Notes under the pieces: generated by a model
What the model was told of the DNA's origin: nothing
The model's database searches: none
Seen by the model: only the letters and a program-made list of their open reading frames with translations
Shown here: piece after piece, positions 29,801 to 37,000 of the stretch
Layout: each line of letters starts with the position of its first letter
Numbering within the stretch: the first letter of the stretch is position 1
Made by a program: the position numbers and the translations under genes
Assembly: GCA_028711115.1 (NCBI GenBank)
Contig: JAQTSV010000001.1
Location: 454,032-518,031 of the forward strand
Reading direction: 5' to 3'
From: Candidatus Omnitrophota bacterium
Lineage (GTDB): Bacteria > Omnitrophota > Gorgyraeia > Velamenicoccales > JABMQK01
DNA: 64,000 bases

Positions 29801-29910
29801 CATTGCCCAAAGAAGAGGCCATTAAAATAATTAAAGACAGTTCAGGAATTCAGTTTGATCCCAAAGTAGTTAATGCATTTCTCGATTTAATCAGCAGCGA
29901 GAGAACATAA
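26899..29910 (+). CDS. membrane-anchored multi-PAS sensor with GGDEF diguanylate cyclase and HD-GYP phosphodiesterase domains
   Basis: Several PAS-like repeats. I-site RAND positioned 5 aa before GGEEF. HDIGKLGIP and HHERYDGKGYP (HD-GYP). TTG start at 26899, alternative ATG at 26920. Confidence 0.85.
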   Translation: MVNRFNIMRRIFSLSKVINFLYVLLIIISFLLVPYHNIRTGFTNWGFVGAGGAKGPVNAGALAVQRALTLLLITFYIYYLRLKRKIRDENYEIDLAIKESEDRRHRVEREYFRLKKQMQNIFDAMDDFVFICSKDFKIEFMNKSLKKVFGEGVGKKCYEILYGRQDACPWCFGKRVYEGEFVTLEHKHEINKRIYRIYSSPLINPDGSISKISVMHDITKEKEMQVKIESSEQYFRNLFENLPVACFGYDIEGRIITWNKAASNVYGFKKEDVLNHSIFDTLAQEKDRERTMHFIKEIFKGRSFDGLEWEDKTADGTKRYVYTSTYPLYDLDGNVLMGISVNIDITPQKTIEHELKSSKEHLEKIMETPQSLIVELSPDMKIKMFNTGCELSTGYNRSEVIGKDWLELFIPDRLKDETRFVFEEVKNDRNILPGHHENPILTKSGEEKIIFWSNTNLKDEDGKVISVISMGIDITERKIAQQKIVEAEEKYRAFLENVPVHVGVIDESGKFVIWNKYSEQMLGYTKEEALGKMSPGDIHETKEEAREVIEIASQKGIFDKELNLIHKDGRKIPVSLIVVPRVVNNKIVGFLGFGRDVSERKNTEKELLAAKEKLESIALKDPQTELYNNRYVVERLASEFERAKRSFSPLSLLLIDLDYFKSINDTYGHEFGDKALVQVAKLLKSELRANDIVARWGGEEFMVILPEVDRQNAILVSRKILRVFEYKGFGDEKNIVNLKCSVGIVSYPEDPLFSPKEMLEAVEKSVFKVKTAGGNGMGSYMEGFIKKDDDKAALSEKDRLLDSLKEKMSLFAIRGEESILEAIYSLSKSLELKDHTTRTHSEKTVHYAVKLAQRFDLGEREIENVRRAAILHDIGKLGIPDKILLKKGPLTKNEFEIVKQHPKIAAEIMSVAEFLKDSVPYVEHHHERYDGKGYPDGLKGEEIPFGARIVSIVDVYEALTADRPYRRALPKEEAIKIIKDSSGIQFDPKVVNAFLDLISSERT

Positions 29911-29942
29911 GATAGTCTTTCTGATATCCTTCCATATTTTAC

Positions 29943-29970
29943 TTGACAATAATTTAATCTGTGCTACTAT
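29943..29970 (+). promoter_or_regulatory. sigma70-like promoter of nikR
   Basis: TTGACA (29943-29948), 16-nt spacer, TACTAT (29965-29970). It overlaps the 12-mer TATTTCTAATAA, which recurs inverted upstream of the porin gene. Confidence 0.5.
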
Positions 29971-30000
29971 TTCTAATAAAGTAATACCAAGGATAAACAT

Positions 30001-30417
30001 ATGGCTAAAGTTTTCAGGTTTGGGGTTTCTCTGGATAAAGATTTACTGGAAAAATTCGACCGCCTTTTAAACAGTAAAAATTATTCCAACCGTTCCGAGG
30101 CATTCCGGGATTTAATAAGGCACGAATTGGTGGAGAGGGAGTGGCAGCAAGGTAAAGAAGTAGCCGGCGCTATAACTATTATATACGACCATCACAAAAG
30201 GGATATTTTGAATAAAATTATGGATATGCAGCACGACTTCCAAAAGATAATTATTTCCACACAGCATATACATTTAGATCATAATAATTGCTTGGAGATA
30301 ATTGCTGTTAAGGGAAGCCCCGCTGAAGTCAGAAAATTAGCAGATACGTTGAAATCGATAAAAGGCGTAAAACACGGCACATTAAATATGTCAACTACAG
30401 GCAAAGAGATAAAATAG
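30001..30417 (+). CDS. nikR: nickel-responsive repressor NikR
   Basis: Ribbon-helix-helix N-terminus (RFGVSLDKDLLEKFD...NRSEAFRDLIR) and C-terminal metal-site residues (DHHKRD...HIHLDHNNCLE). Confidence 0.85.
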   Translation: MAKVFRFGVSLDKDLLEKFDRLLNSKNYSNRSEAFRDLIRHELVEREWQQGKEVAGAITIIYDHHKRDILNKIMDMQHDFQKIIISTQHIHLDHNNCLEIIAVKGSPAEVRKLADTLKSIKGVKHGTLNMSTTGKEIK

Positions 30418-30521
30418 GTAATATATTTTTTTGCCTCTCGGTAGCACGATTTTAATAATAGTGTTATTAGAAATATTGCGTATTTATTAAATAATCAGCA
30501 AAATAACAATAGAAAGGAGTT

Positions 30522-31907
30522 GTGTATATGGTAAGGTTAAGAAAAGCATCTTTGTTTTTGGCAGTTTTATTTTTTTGCGCTGGTAATATCTGTTGGGCAG
30601 ATGATGTTTCCTTTAGAAAAGAATTAGATCAACTAAAGGCGCGTGTTCAGGCTTTAGAAAACAAACTTGCCGAGCAGGATAAGTGTATGAACGAACAGAA
30701 AAAGTGCATTTTAGACCAGGAAAAGAAAATTTCTGCATATGAATCAAGGCTGGCGCAATTTGATACCGACTTGCACCGCCAGGTTGGTATGCCAATCGGT
30801 ATTGCCGAAGGTTTGGAAATCGGCGCCGGCGCCACAATGATTATGCAAGGAGCAAATAATACCAATAATGCTACTGCGGGCGTAAGTAAGAACGAAGGCC
30901 GTACGGACGCATCTTATTCAGCGGATATTACTATAGGTAAGGAGTTTGAGGATGCGGGCGGCAGGGCATTCTTACATCTTGAAGTGGGCCAGGGTTCAGG
31001 GCTGGAAGACGACCTTACGCTTTACTCCAACGTAAACCGCGATGCAGACAATGATAATAATGTAAGGTTGACAGAGTTGTGGTATGAACAGGCTTTCTTA
31101 AAAGATAAAGCCGCTGCCACCTTTGGCAAACTTGACCCTACCGCATATTTTGATAATAACGAAGTAGCCAATGATGAAACTACTCAATTCCTGGGAAGGA
31201 TTTTCCGCAATAGCCCGACGATTGAATTTCCCGACAATACAGCGGGCATGCGTTTTACCTACCTTCCTGCGGAGTGGCTTGAGTTAGGCTACGGCGTATT
31301 TGACGCCGATAGCGATTGGGAAAAAGTCGGCGACAACCTTTTTAACATCGGCCAGGTTACTTTTAAAACCAATTTCTTTGACCTTTCCGGAAACTACCGC
31401 TTGCTTGCCTGGCAAAACAATAGTTACCATACGAAATGGCTTGCGAATGAACAGGAAAAAGAATCTGCTTTCGGTTTTGGTTTAAGTTTAGATCAGAAAG
31501 TTAACGATATCGTAACTGTGTTCAGTCGTTATGGCTGGCAGAACCCCAAAGTTTACAATCCTAACATCACAGCGACAGGCGATGATGAAAATGACCCTAA
31601 ATATTATTCTTTGGAACATTCCTGGAGTGCAGGATTACAGGTAGAAGGTAAGCCTTGGGGCAGGGAAAAAGATATCTTGGGTTTTGCAATCGGCCAGATT
31701 TTATCGTCCAAAGACTACAAAAAATCAGACGACACTCTTAGGGCGAAGACCGAAGGGCATCTCGAGACATATTACAGGATATATATAAACGACCATTTTT
31801 CTATCAGCCCGGATTTGCAGTATATCTGGAATCCGTTCGGCAAAGATGTTGCTGAAGACACAGACCCGATATTTGTGGGCGGTGTAAGAGCGCAGATAGA
31901 TTTCTAA
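30522..31907 (+). CDS. outer-membrane porin, OprB/carbohydrate-selective-porin-like, with N-terminal coiled coil
   Basis: Signal peptide ending CWA. Heptad-rich segment (KELDQLKARVQALENKLAEQD...). Alternating beta-strand pattern ending in the aromatic C-terminus RAQIDF. The likely start is the ATG at 30528. Confidence 0.6.
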   Translation: MYMVRLRKASLFLAVLFFCAGNICWADDVSFRKELDQLKARVQALENKLAEQDKCMNEQKKCILDQEKKISAYESRLAQFDTDLHRQVGMPIGIAEGLEIGAGATMIMQGANNTNNATAGVSKNEGRTDASYSADITIGKEFEDAGGRAFLHLEVGQGSGLEDDLTLYSNVNRDADNDNNVRLTELWYEQAFLKDKAAATFGKLDPTAYFDNNEVANDETTQFLGRIFRNSPTIEFPDNTAGMRFTYLPAEWLELGYGVFDADSDWEKVGDNLFNIGQVTFKTNFFDLSGNYRLLAWQNNSYHTKWLANEQEKESAFGFGLSLDQKVNDIVTVFSRYGWQNPKVYNPNITATGDDENDPKYYSLEHSWSAGLQVEGKPWGREKDILGFAIGQILSSKDYKKSDDTLRAKTEGHLETYYRIYINDHFSISPDLQYIWNPFGKDVAEDTDPIFVGGVRAQIDF

Positions 31908-31916
31908 ATAAAATAA

Positions 31917-31982
31917 GCCCACAGCAGGCTTCCGCAGCTCATAAAGGTTATGTTTTTTTAAATATAACCAAATGCTGTGGGC
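31917..31982 (+). promoter_or_regulatory. 10-bp perfect inverted repeat enclosing nested hairpins in the porin-cbiM intergenic leader
   Basis: GCCCACAGCA (31917-31926) pairs with TGCTGTGGGC (31973-31982). An alternative local hairpin is AAGCC..GGCTT, and an inner CATAA-AGG-TTATG hairpin is followed by T7. Confidence 0.3.
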
Positions 31983-32013
31983 CCTTTATTAACAAGTTTA
32001 AAAGGAGGAAAAT

Positions 32014-32703
32014 ATGCACATACCAGACGGATATTTAGGCCCGGCAACATGCGGCGTTCTTTACGCGGTAATGCTTCCTATATGGGCGTTTGCTTCAAAG
32101 ATTGTAAAAAAGACTCTAAGGTCGCGGCAGGTGCCGATGTTAGCAATAGCAGCGGCGTTTAGTTTTGTGATTATGATGTTTAACGTGCCTATCCCAGGAG
32201 GGACAACAGGGCACGCGGTCGGCGCGGTATTGGCGGCAATACTTTTGGGCCCCTGGGCGGCGTGCATCGCGGTTACGGTTGCATTGGTTGTCCAGGCTCT
32301 GCTTTTTGGCGACGGCGGCATCACCGCAATCGGCGCGAATTGTTTCAATATGGCGTTTGTGGAAGTGTTTGTAGGTTATTACATATATAAAATTATAAGC
32401 GGGCATTCCTCTGTTATTTCGGCAAGGCGCGTTATTGCCGCCGGCATTGCCGGTTATGTTGCCATAAATATTGCTGCATTTTCTGCCGCTGTATTATTCG
32501 GCATCCAGCCTTTATTGCATAGAGCCGCAAGCGGAGAATCTTTGTATTGCCCTTACGGATTAAATGTGGCAATTCCGGCAATGTTGGGCGAACACATGCT
32601 TATTTTTGGCTGGGTTGAGGCGATTGTTACGGCAATGGTTATCAAATATTTACAGAAACAGGACCCGAATATTTTGGAGACGGCCGAGGAGGTGATAGAG
32701 TGA
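32014..32703 (+). CDS. cbiM: ECF transporter substrate-capture component CbiM/NikM
   Basis: Canonical N-terminus MHIPDGYL (metal-ligating His2), 7-TM profile and HAVGAVLAAILLGPW. Confidence 0.85.
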   Translation: MHIPDGYLGPATCGVLYAVMLPIWAFASKIVKKTLRSRQVPMLAIAAAFSFVIMMFNVPIPGGTTGHAVGAVLAAILLGPWAACIAVTVALVVQALLFGDGGITAIGANCFNMAFVEVFVGYYIYKIISGHSSVISARRVIAAGIAGYVAINIAAFSAAVLFGIQPLLHRAASGESLYCPYGLNVAIPAMLGEHMLIFGWVEAIVTAMVIKYLQKQDPNILETAEEVIE

Positions 32704-33035
32704 AAACTACGACTAAATTATGGATTGGGTTAGGGATTTTTATTCTGCTTTCTCCTTTAGGGCTAATGCTCCCGGAGCTTTTTAAGGCAGGCGATGCCTG
32801 GGGCGAATGGGGAACAGATGGCATTAAAGAATTGATAGGATATATTCCACGCGGCTTAGAAAAACTTTCCAGTTTCTGGAGCGCGCCAATGCCTGATTAT
32901 GCTTTCAAGGGTTGGGAAGAAAAAGGACTTACGCACCTAAGTTTTGCCTATATAATATCCGCCGTATTAGGAATAATCATTATTACTGCAGTAATCTTAT
33001 TGCTAGGAAAGTTTATCTCTAAGAAAGAAGATTGA
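32700..33035 (+). CDS. PDGLE-domain / CbiN(NikN)-like small membrane component
   Basis: 111 aa with TM segments at both ends, a central AWGEWG...APMPDYAF motif as in PDGLE proteins, and an overlap with the cbiM stop. Confidence 0.65.
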   Translation: MKTTTKLWIGLGIFILLSPLGLMLPELFKAGDAWGEWGTDGIKELIGYIPRGLEKLSSFWSAPMPDYAFKGWEEKGLTHLSFAYIISAVLGIIIITAVILLLGKFISKKED

Positions 33036-33071
33036 CAGGTAAATACTTTATATCTTGAGCCGAAATTTCAT

Positions 33072-33428
33072 ATGAGGAGATTTGTTCTCTATTTGGTGCG
33101 TTGGCAGTTAAGCACGCCTATTTTGTGGCTCGCAGTAAAACAGCTTGGCGTCGGCATCTGGTCTACAGTTATTGCCAATTTAATAGGCGGAGCCATATTC
33201 TTCTGGGTGGATAAGTTTATCTTTACTTCCCAGGCAGTTGAAATCTGGCATGTAAAAGAGGGGCGATGCGATAAGTGCGGGGCAGTATCGCATTTATGGA
33301 GGCTGGTTAAAACAGTCAAATACGATAAAAGTAATGCAAAGCCGATTTTCCTATGTATGAAATGTTCCAAAGAAAAGACCGATACCTTGAGAGCGCAAGG
33401 GATTCCTGTCAGAGGTAAGAGTAAATAA
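33072..33428 (+). CDS. two-TM membrane protein (GtrA-like half) with C-terminal CxxC...CxxC zinc ribbon, unknown function
   Basis: LSTPILWLAV..., IANLIGGAIFFWVDKFIFTS, then CDKCG...CMKC. It sits between the N-like and Q genes of the ECF operon. Confidence 0.4.
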   Translation: MRRFVLYLVRWQLSTPILWLAVKQLGVGIWSTVIANLIGGAIFFWVDKFIFTSQAVEIWHVKEGRCDKCGAVSHLWRLVKTVKYDKSNAKPIFLCMKCSKEKTDTLRAQGIPVRGKSK

Positions 33429-33511
33429 GTAATTGTCTTGATAGCTAATTTCTTTACGGTATAATAATAAATAATTCCCAAAGAAACATACCCATATAAA
33501 ATTATTTACCA

Positions 33512-34348
33512 GTGAAGAAGAATAACTTTATAGAGCGTTCGATTTCCGGTGCTGTATCATTTTTGAAAGAATCTATTTTTGCCGACGAGTATGCGTCAAA
33601 AAATGGATTTTTGCAATCTCTGGATCCGCGGATTAAAACGCTGACATTTCTTATGTTTATTATGGCGATACTTTTTACAAAGAGTATCGCCATTTTGCTG
33701 TGTTTATACGCGGCGTGTTTGGTTTTGGCTTTATTTTCCAAAATCAATATAGGGTTTTTCTTAAAAAGGACATGGATATTCATTCCTTTATTTTCGCTGT
33801 TTATCGCGATTCCCGCGCTGTTTAGTATTTTTACACCCGGCCAGACGATTCTTACAATAAATATAATCGGCGCAAAACTTATAATTACCCGACAAGGATT
33901 GTCCAGCGCGTCATTATTTGTCACGCGGGTTGTAACCTCGGTATCGTTTGCGGTTTTACTGAACGTAACCACCAGACATTTCGAATTGCTTCGGGTATTG
34001 CGTATTTTTAAGGTGCCGCAGATTTTTGTAATGACCCTGGGAATGTGTTACCGCTATATTTATCTTTTTTTGGAAATCGTAGAAAATACATATCTCGCTA
34101 TTAAGAGCCGCGTAGGCAGCCGCCTGCACTACAAAAAAGGCCAGGAGATCGTCGCCTGGAATATTTCTTCTTTATGGCAGAGGTCGTATTATCTAAATGA
34201 GGCGGTTTATAACGCCATGCTTTCGCGCGGTTACAGCGGAGAGCCGGTTTTATTGAATGATTTCAAAATCAAGTCAAAAGACTGGGCCTGGTTATTTTCA
34301 ATAACGCTATTTTTTGTAATTATAATTTTAGGCGGGAAGATAATATGA
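33512..34348 (+). CDS. cbiQ: ECF transporter transmembrane (T) component CbiQ
   Basis: 278 aa. LDPRIKTL motif, hydrophobic profile and the ARGY-like LSRGY motif near the C-terminus; GTG start. Confidence 0.8.
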   Translation: MKKNNFIERSISGAVSFLKESIFADEYASKNGFLQSLDPRIKTLTFLMFIMAILFTKSIAILLCLYAACLVLALFSKINIGFFLKRTWIFIPLFSLFIAIPALFSIFTPGQTILTINIIGAKLIITRQGLSSASLFVTRVVTSVSFAVLLNVTTRHFELLRVLRIFKVPQIFVMTLGMCYRYIYLFLEIVENTYLAIKSRVGSRLHYKKGQEIVAWNISSLWQRSYYLNEAVYNAMLSRGYSGEPVLLNDFKIKSKDWAWLFSITLFFVIIILGGKII

Positions 34349-35154
34349 GCGAAATAATCTTTGAATTAAAGGATGTTTGGTTTTCTTACCTGGGAAAATT
34401 TAGCGCGCTGTGCGGGGTAGACTTAACCATAGCAAAAGGCCAGAAGATTTGCGTTATCGGTGCAAATGGCTCGGGTAAATCCACGCTTTTACACATTTTA
34501 GACGGACTGATTTTCGTAGATTATGGCAGCGTAAAATTCTTAGGCAAAGAATTGAAGGAAAAATCATTTGGCGACGAGAATTTTTCAAAGGATTTCAGGC
34601 GCAGTGTAGGATTGGTATTTCAGAATCCCGATGTGCAATTATTCTGCCCCACGGTAAAAGAAGATATCTTGTTTGGTCCGCTGCAGCTTGGTATCGATAA
34701 ACTTGAAATAGAAAGTCGGTTCGAGAAACTGGTTAGGTTTCTTGATATCCGCCACCTGCTCGACAGGTCACCCCACCAGCTAAGCGTGGGCGAAAAACGC
34801 AAAGTCGCCGTTACATCAACTTTGATAATGAATCCTGACGTCCTGATCCTTGATGAGCCTACTGACGGCTTGGACCCTTTAACCACAAGGCACATTATTG
34901 ATTTATTACTGGAAGAAAACGAAAACGGCAAGACAATTATCACCTCGACCCATGACTTACATATTGTCCAGGAGATATCCGACTGCGTTTATGTGTTCAG
35001 CCAGGAAAAAAAGATTATAAGCTCCGGCTCACCGGACAAGATTTTAGAGGATACAAAACTGTTACAAGATAATAACCTCATCCATATCCACCGCCACAAA
35101 CACGACCAAACAACTCATATCCATCCGCACCAGCACTTAGAGCACCATTCTTAG
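34345..35154 (+). CDS. cbiO: ECF transporter ATPase CbiO with His-rich C-terminal tail
   Basis: Walker A GANGSGKST, signature LSVGEKRKV and Walker B LILDEPT. The tail NLIHIHRHKHDQTTHIHPHQHLEHHS has 10 His in 26 aa. Confidence 0.85.
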   Translation: MSEIIFELKDVWFSYLGKFSALCGVDLTIAKGQKICVIGANGSGKSTLLHILDGLIFVDYGSVKFLGKELKEKSFGDENFSKDFRRSVGLVFQNPDVQLFCPTVKEDILFGPLQLGIDKLEIESRFEKLVRFLDIRHLLDRSPHQLSVGEKRKVAVTSTLIMNPDVLILDEPTDGLDPLTTRHIIDLLLEENENGKTIITSTHDLHIVQEISDCVYVFSQEKKIISSGSPDKILEDTKLLQDNNLIHIHRHKHDQTTHIHPHQHLEHHS

Positions 35155-35324
35155 TCACAAGTTGCGTTGCAGATGGTTGTTTTCATTTGTCTCGCCTAAT
35201 CCCTGTTTAAATAATGCACTAATATTGAATAAGATTTACTGATTTGTTAAAGGCTTTGGAAGGGTTAAGCAATAAATATCTTATTGTCAATTAATCGATT
35301 TTCTGTTATAACATAACGATTAAT

Positions 35325-36131
35325 ATGAAAAAATCATTCGTAAAGTATTTTATTCTTCTGTTTCTCTTGTTTTTTTATATTCCAGATTGTTTTGCCAAGC
35401 CTAATAAAAAAGAATTGGTTACGGCGCAATCCGCAATATTGGTAGATCTTGCCAGGAATAAGATAATCTATGCAAAAAATATCCATACAAAGCTTGCACC
35501 AGCCAGCACCGTCAAGGTTTTGACTGCTTTGGTTACTTTGGAACAATTAGGGGCTAATGCGGAGGTGGAGGTTTCCCGTAATGCTTCTTGTGCCCAGCCC
35601 AGCAAGATATGGTTAAAGCCAGGCGAAAAGTATAATTCGTTGGATCTTATTAATGCAGCATTGATTTCTTCCGCCAATGATGCAAGCGTCGCTTTGGCAG
35701 AGGCTGTGGCCGGCAGCGAATTTCAATTTGCAAAGATTATGAATAAAAGAGCAAAATCGCTCGGTGCTAAAAATTCCAATTTTATCAATGCGACCGGCTT
35801 GCCCGCAAAGAATCAATACTCAACCGCTTATGATTTGTATAGATTGGTAAGAATAGCCTTGGATAATCCGGTAGTTTGTCAGGTTATGAAGAAGAAGAAC
35901 GAGAAAATTACCAGCGATGCAGGAAAAGAAATATCTTTAGTCAATCATAATAAATTGCTTTTCAGGATGTCTTATCCTTTAGTGTTAGGTAAAACAGGTT
36001 ATACAAAGAATGCCAAGCATTGTTACGCAGGAATAGCTTATTATGGCAAGAAGAAATATGCCGTGGTGGTATTAAAAAGCAGCAAACCCTGGACAGACGT
36101 AAAAAAACTGCTTAGCCTCGTTAAAAATTAA
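35325..36131 (+). CDS. D-alanyl-D-alanine carboxypeptidase (S11 penicillin-binding protein)
   Basis: Signal peptide, SxxK (ASTVK), SxN (SSAND) and KTG (GKTGYT). Confidence 0.8.
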   Translation: MKKSFVKYFILLFLLFFYIPDCFAKPNKKELVTAQSAILVDLARNKIIYAKNIHTKLAPASTVKVLTALVTLEQLGANAEVEVSRNASCAQPSKIWLKPGEKYNSLDLINAALISSANDASVALAEAVAGSEFQFAKIMNKRAKSLGAKNSNFINATGLPAKNQYSTAYDLYRLVRIALDNPVVCQVMKKKNEKITSDAGKEISLVNHNKLLFRMSYPLVLGKTGYTKNAKHCYAGIAYYGKKKYAVVVLKSSKPWTDVKKLLSLVKN

Positions 36132-36148
36132 TATAATTTTCCCCCGCC

Positions 36149-37000
36149 TTATTCATAGACCGCACTTGCCCGATAGTAATCGTTAAAGTCCGGTGCCAGT
36201 AACAGGAGTTTCTTATTAAGCGTTTTCTCTATTCTTTTCATTTCCTCAGTCCACTGCTTTATAAAAGATTCGTAGTTTTCTTTAGTCGAAATAATCCTTT
36301 CAATTTTGGAGATAGTTTTTTTGTCAAAGTTATTTTCTATAACTTTCTTTATCTTTGGCCAATTGCCCATCTTAAAATTATATAATTCAATGGATATTTC
36401 CTGGGTATATTTTTCCACCGAACAGCATATCGTTTTGATATCCTGTATATAAGGCAGGAAGGGTGCAATGTGCACCCGGTTGTTTATATCTCTTTCTTGG
36501 ATTTCCTTTAATATTTCCAGCCTTTCTTCTAAAGCGGAGGAATTCGGCTCAAAGATTTTTTTAGTCTTTTCGGAATTAAAATTAATAGTCAGGTAAATCT
36601 TATTTTTATTAAATTGAGAAATAATATCCAAATCTCTTTTTATGAGAGGCGATTTCGTAAGTATGGTTGCGGCCACATTATTTTTATTGAGAATTTTAAT
36701 GATATTTTGAGTAAGCAGAAATTTTTCCTCCTGCGGCGGATAACATTCTACGGTTGAGCCCAAGAGCACACGTTCGATTTTCTTATTTTTTATTTCCTGT
36801 TCAAGCAATTCCAGGCAGTTTATTTTTATATCTATAAATTCCCCCCACACTAAACCTTGTTTTTTAACGGCTTTATTTTCCTGGGCATAACAATAGAGGC
36901 AGCCAAAAGGACAGCCACGATAAGGATTGATTGTGTACGGGGCGATACTAATCTGCGTAGGCGAAAGTATTTTTTCCGCTTTTATTAGATTAATTTTCAT
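36149..37000 (-). CDS. radical SAM protein, SPL/DNA-photolyase-like (COG1533-type) family
   Basis: INPYRGCPFGCLYCYA (CX3CX2C) near the N-terminus; 283 aa; 4-nt overlap with the upstream B12-rSAM gene. Confidence 0.6.
   Translation of the reverse strand: MKINLIKAEKILSPTQISIAPYTINPYRGCPFGCLYCYAQENKAVKKQGLVWGEFIDIKINCLELLEQEIKNKKIERVLLGSTVECYPPQEEKFLLTQNIIKILNKNNVAATILTKSPLIKRDLDIISQFNKNKIYLTINFNSEKTKKIFEPNSSALEERLEILKEIQERDINNRVHIAPFLPYIQDIKTICCSVEKYTQEISIELYNFKMGNWPKIKKVIENNFDKKTISKIERIISTKENYESFIKQWTEEMKRIEKTLNKKLLLLAPDFNDYYRASAVYE

Noticed and set aside
31908-32013. Possible NiCo or cobalamin riboswitch upstream of cbiM.
   Set aside because: I see no B12 box (GCCACUG-like), the region is too short for a cobalamin aptamer, and I cannot reproduce the NiCo four-way junction from memory. 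I kept it only as an unexplained inverted repeat.
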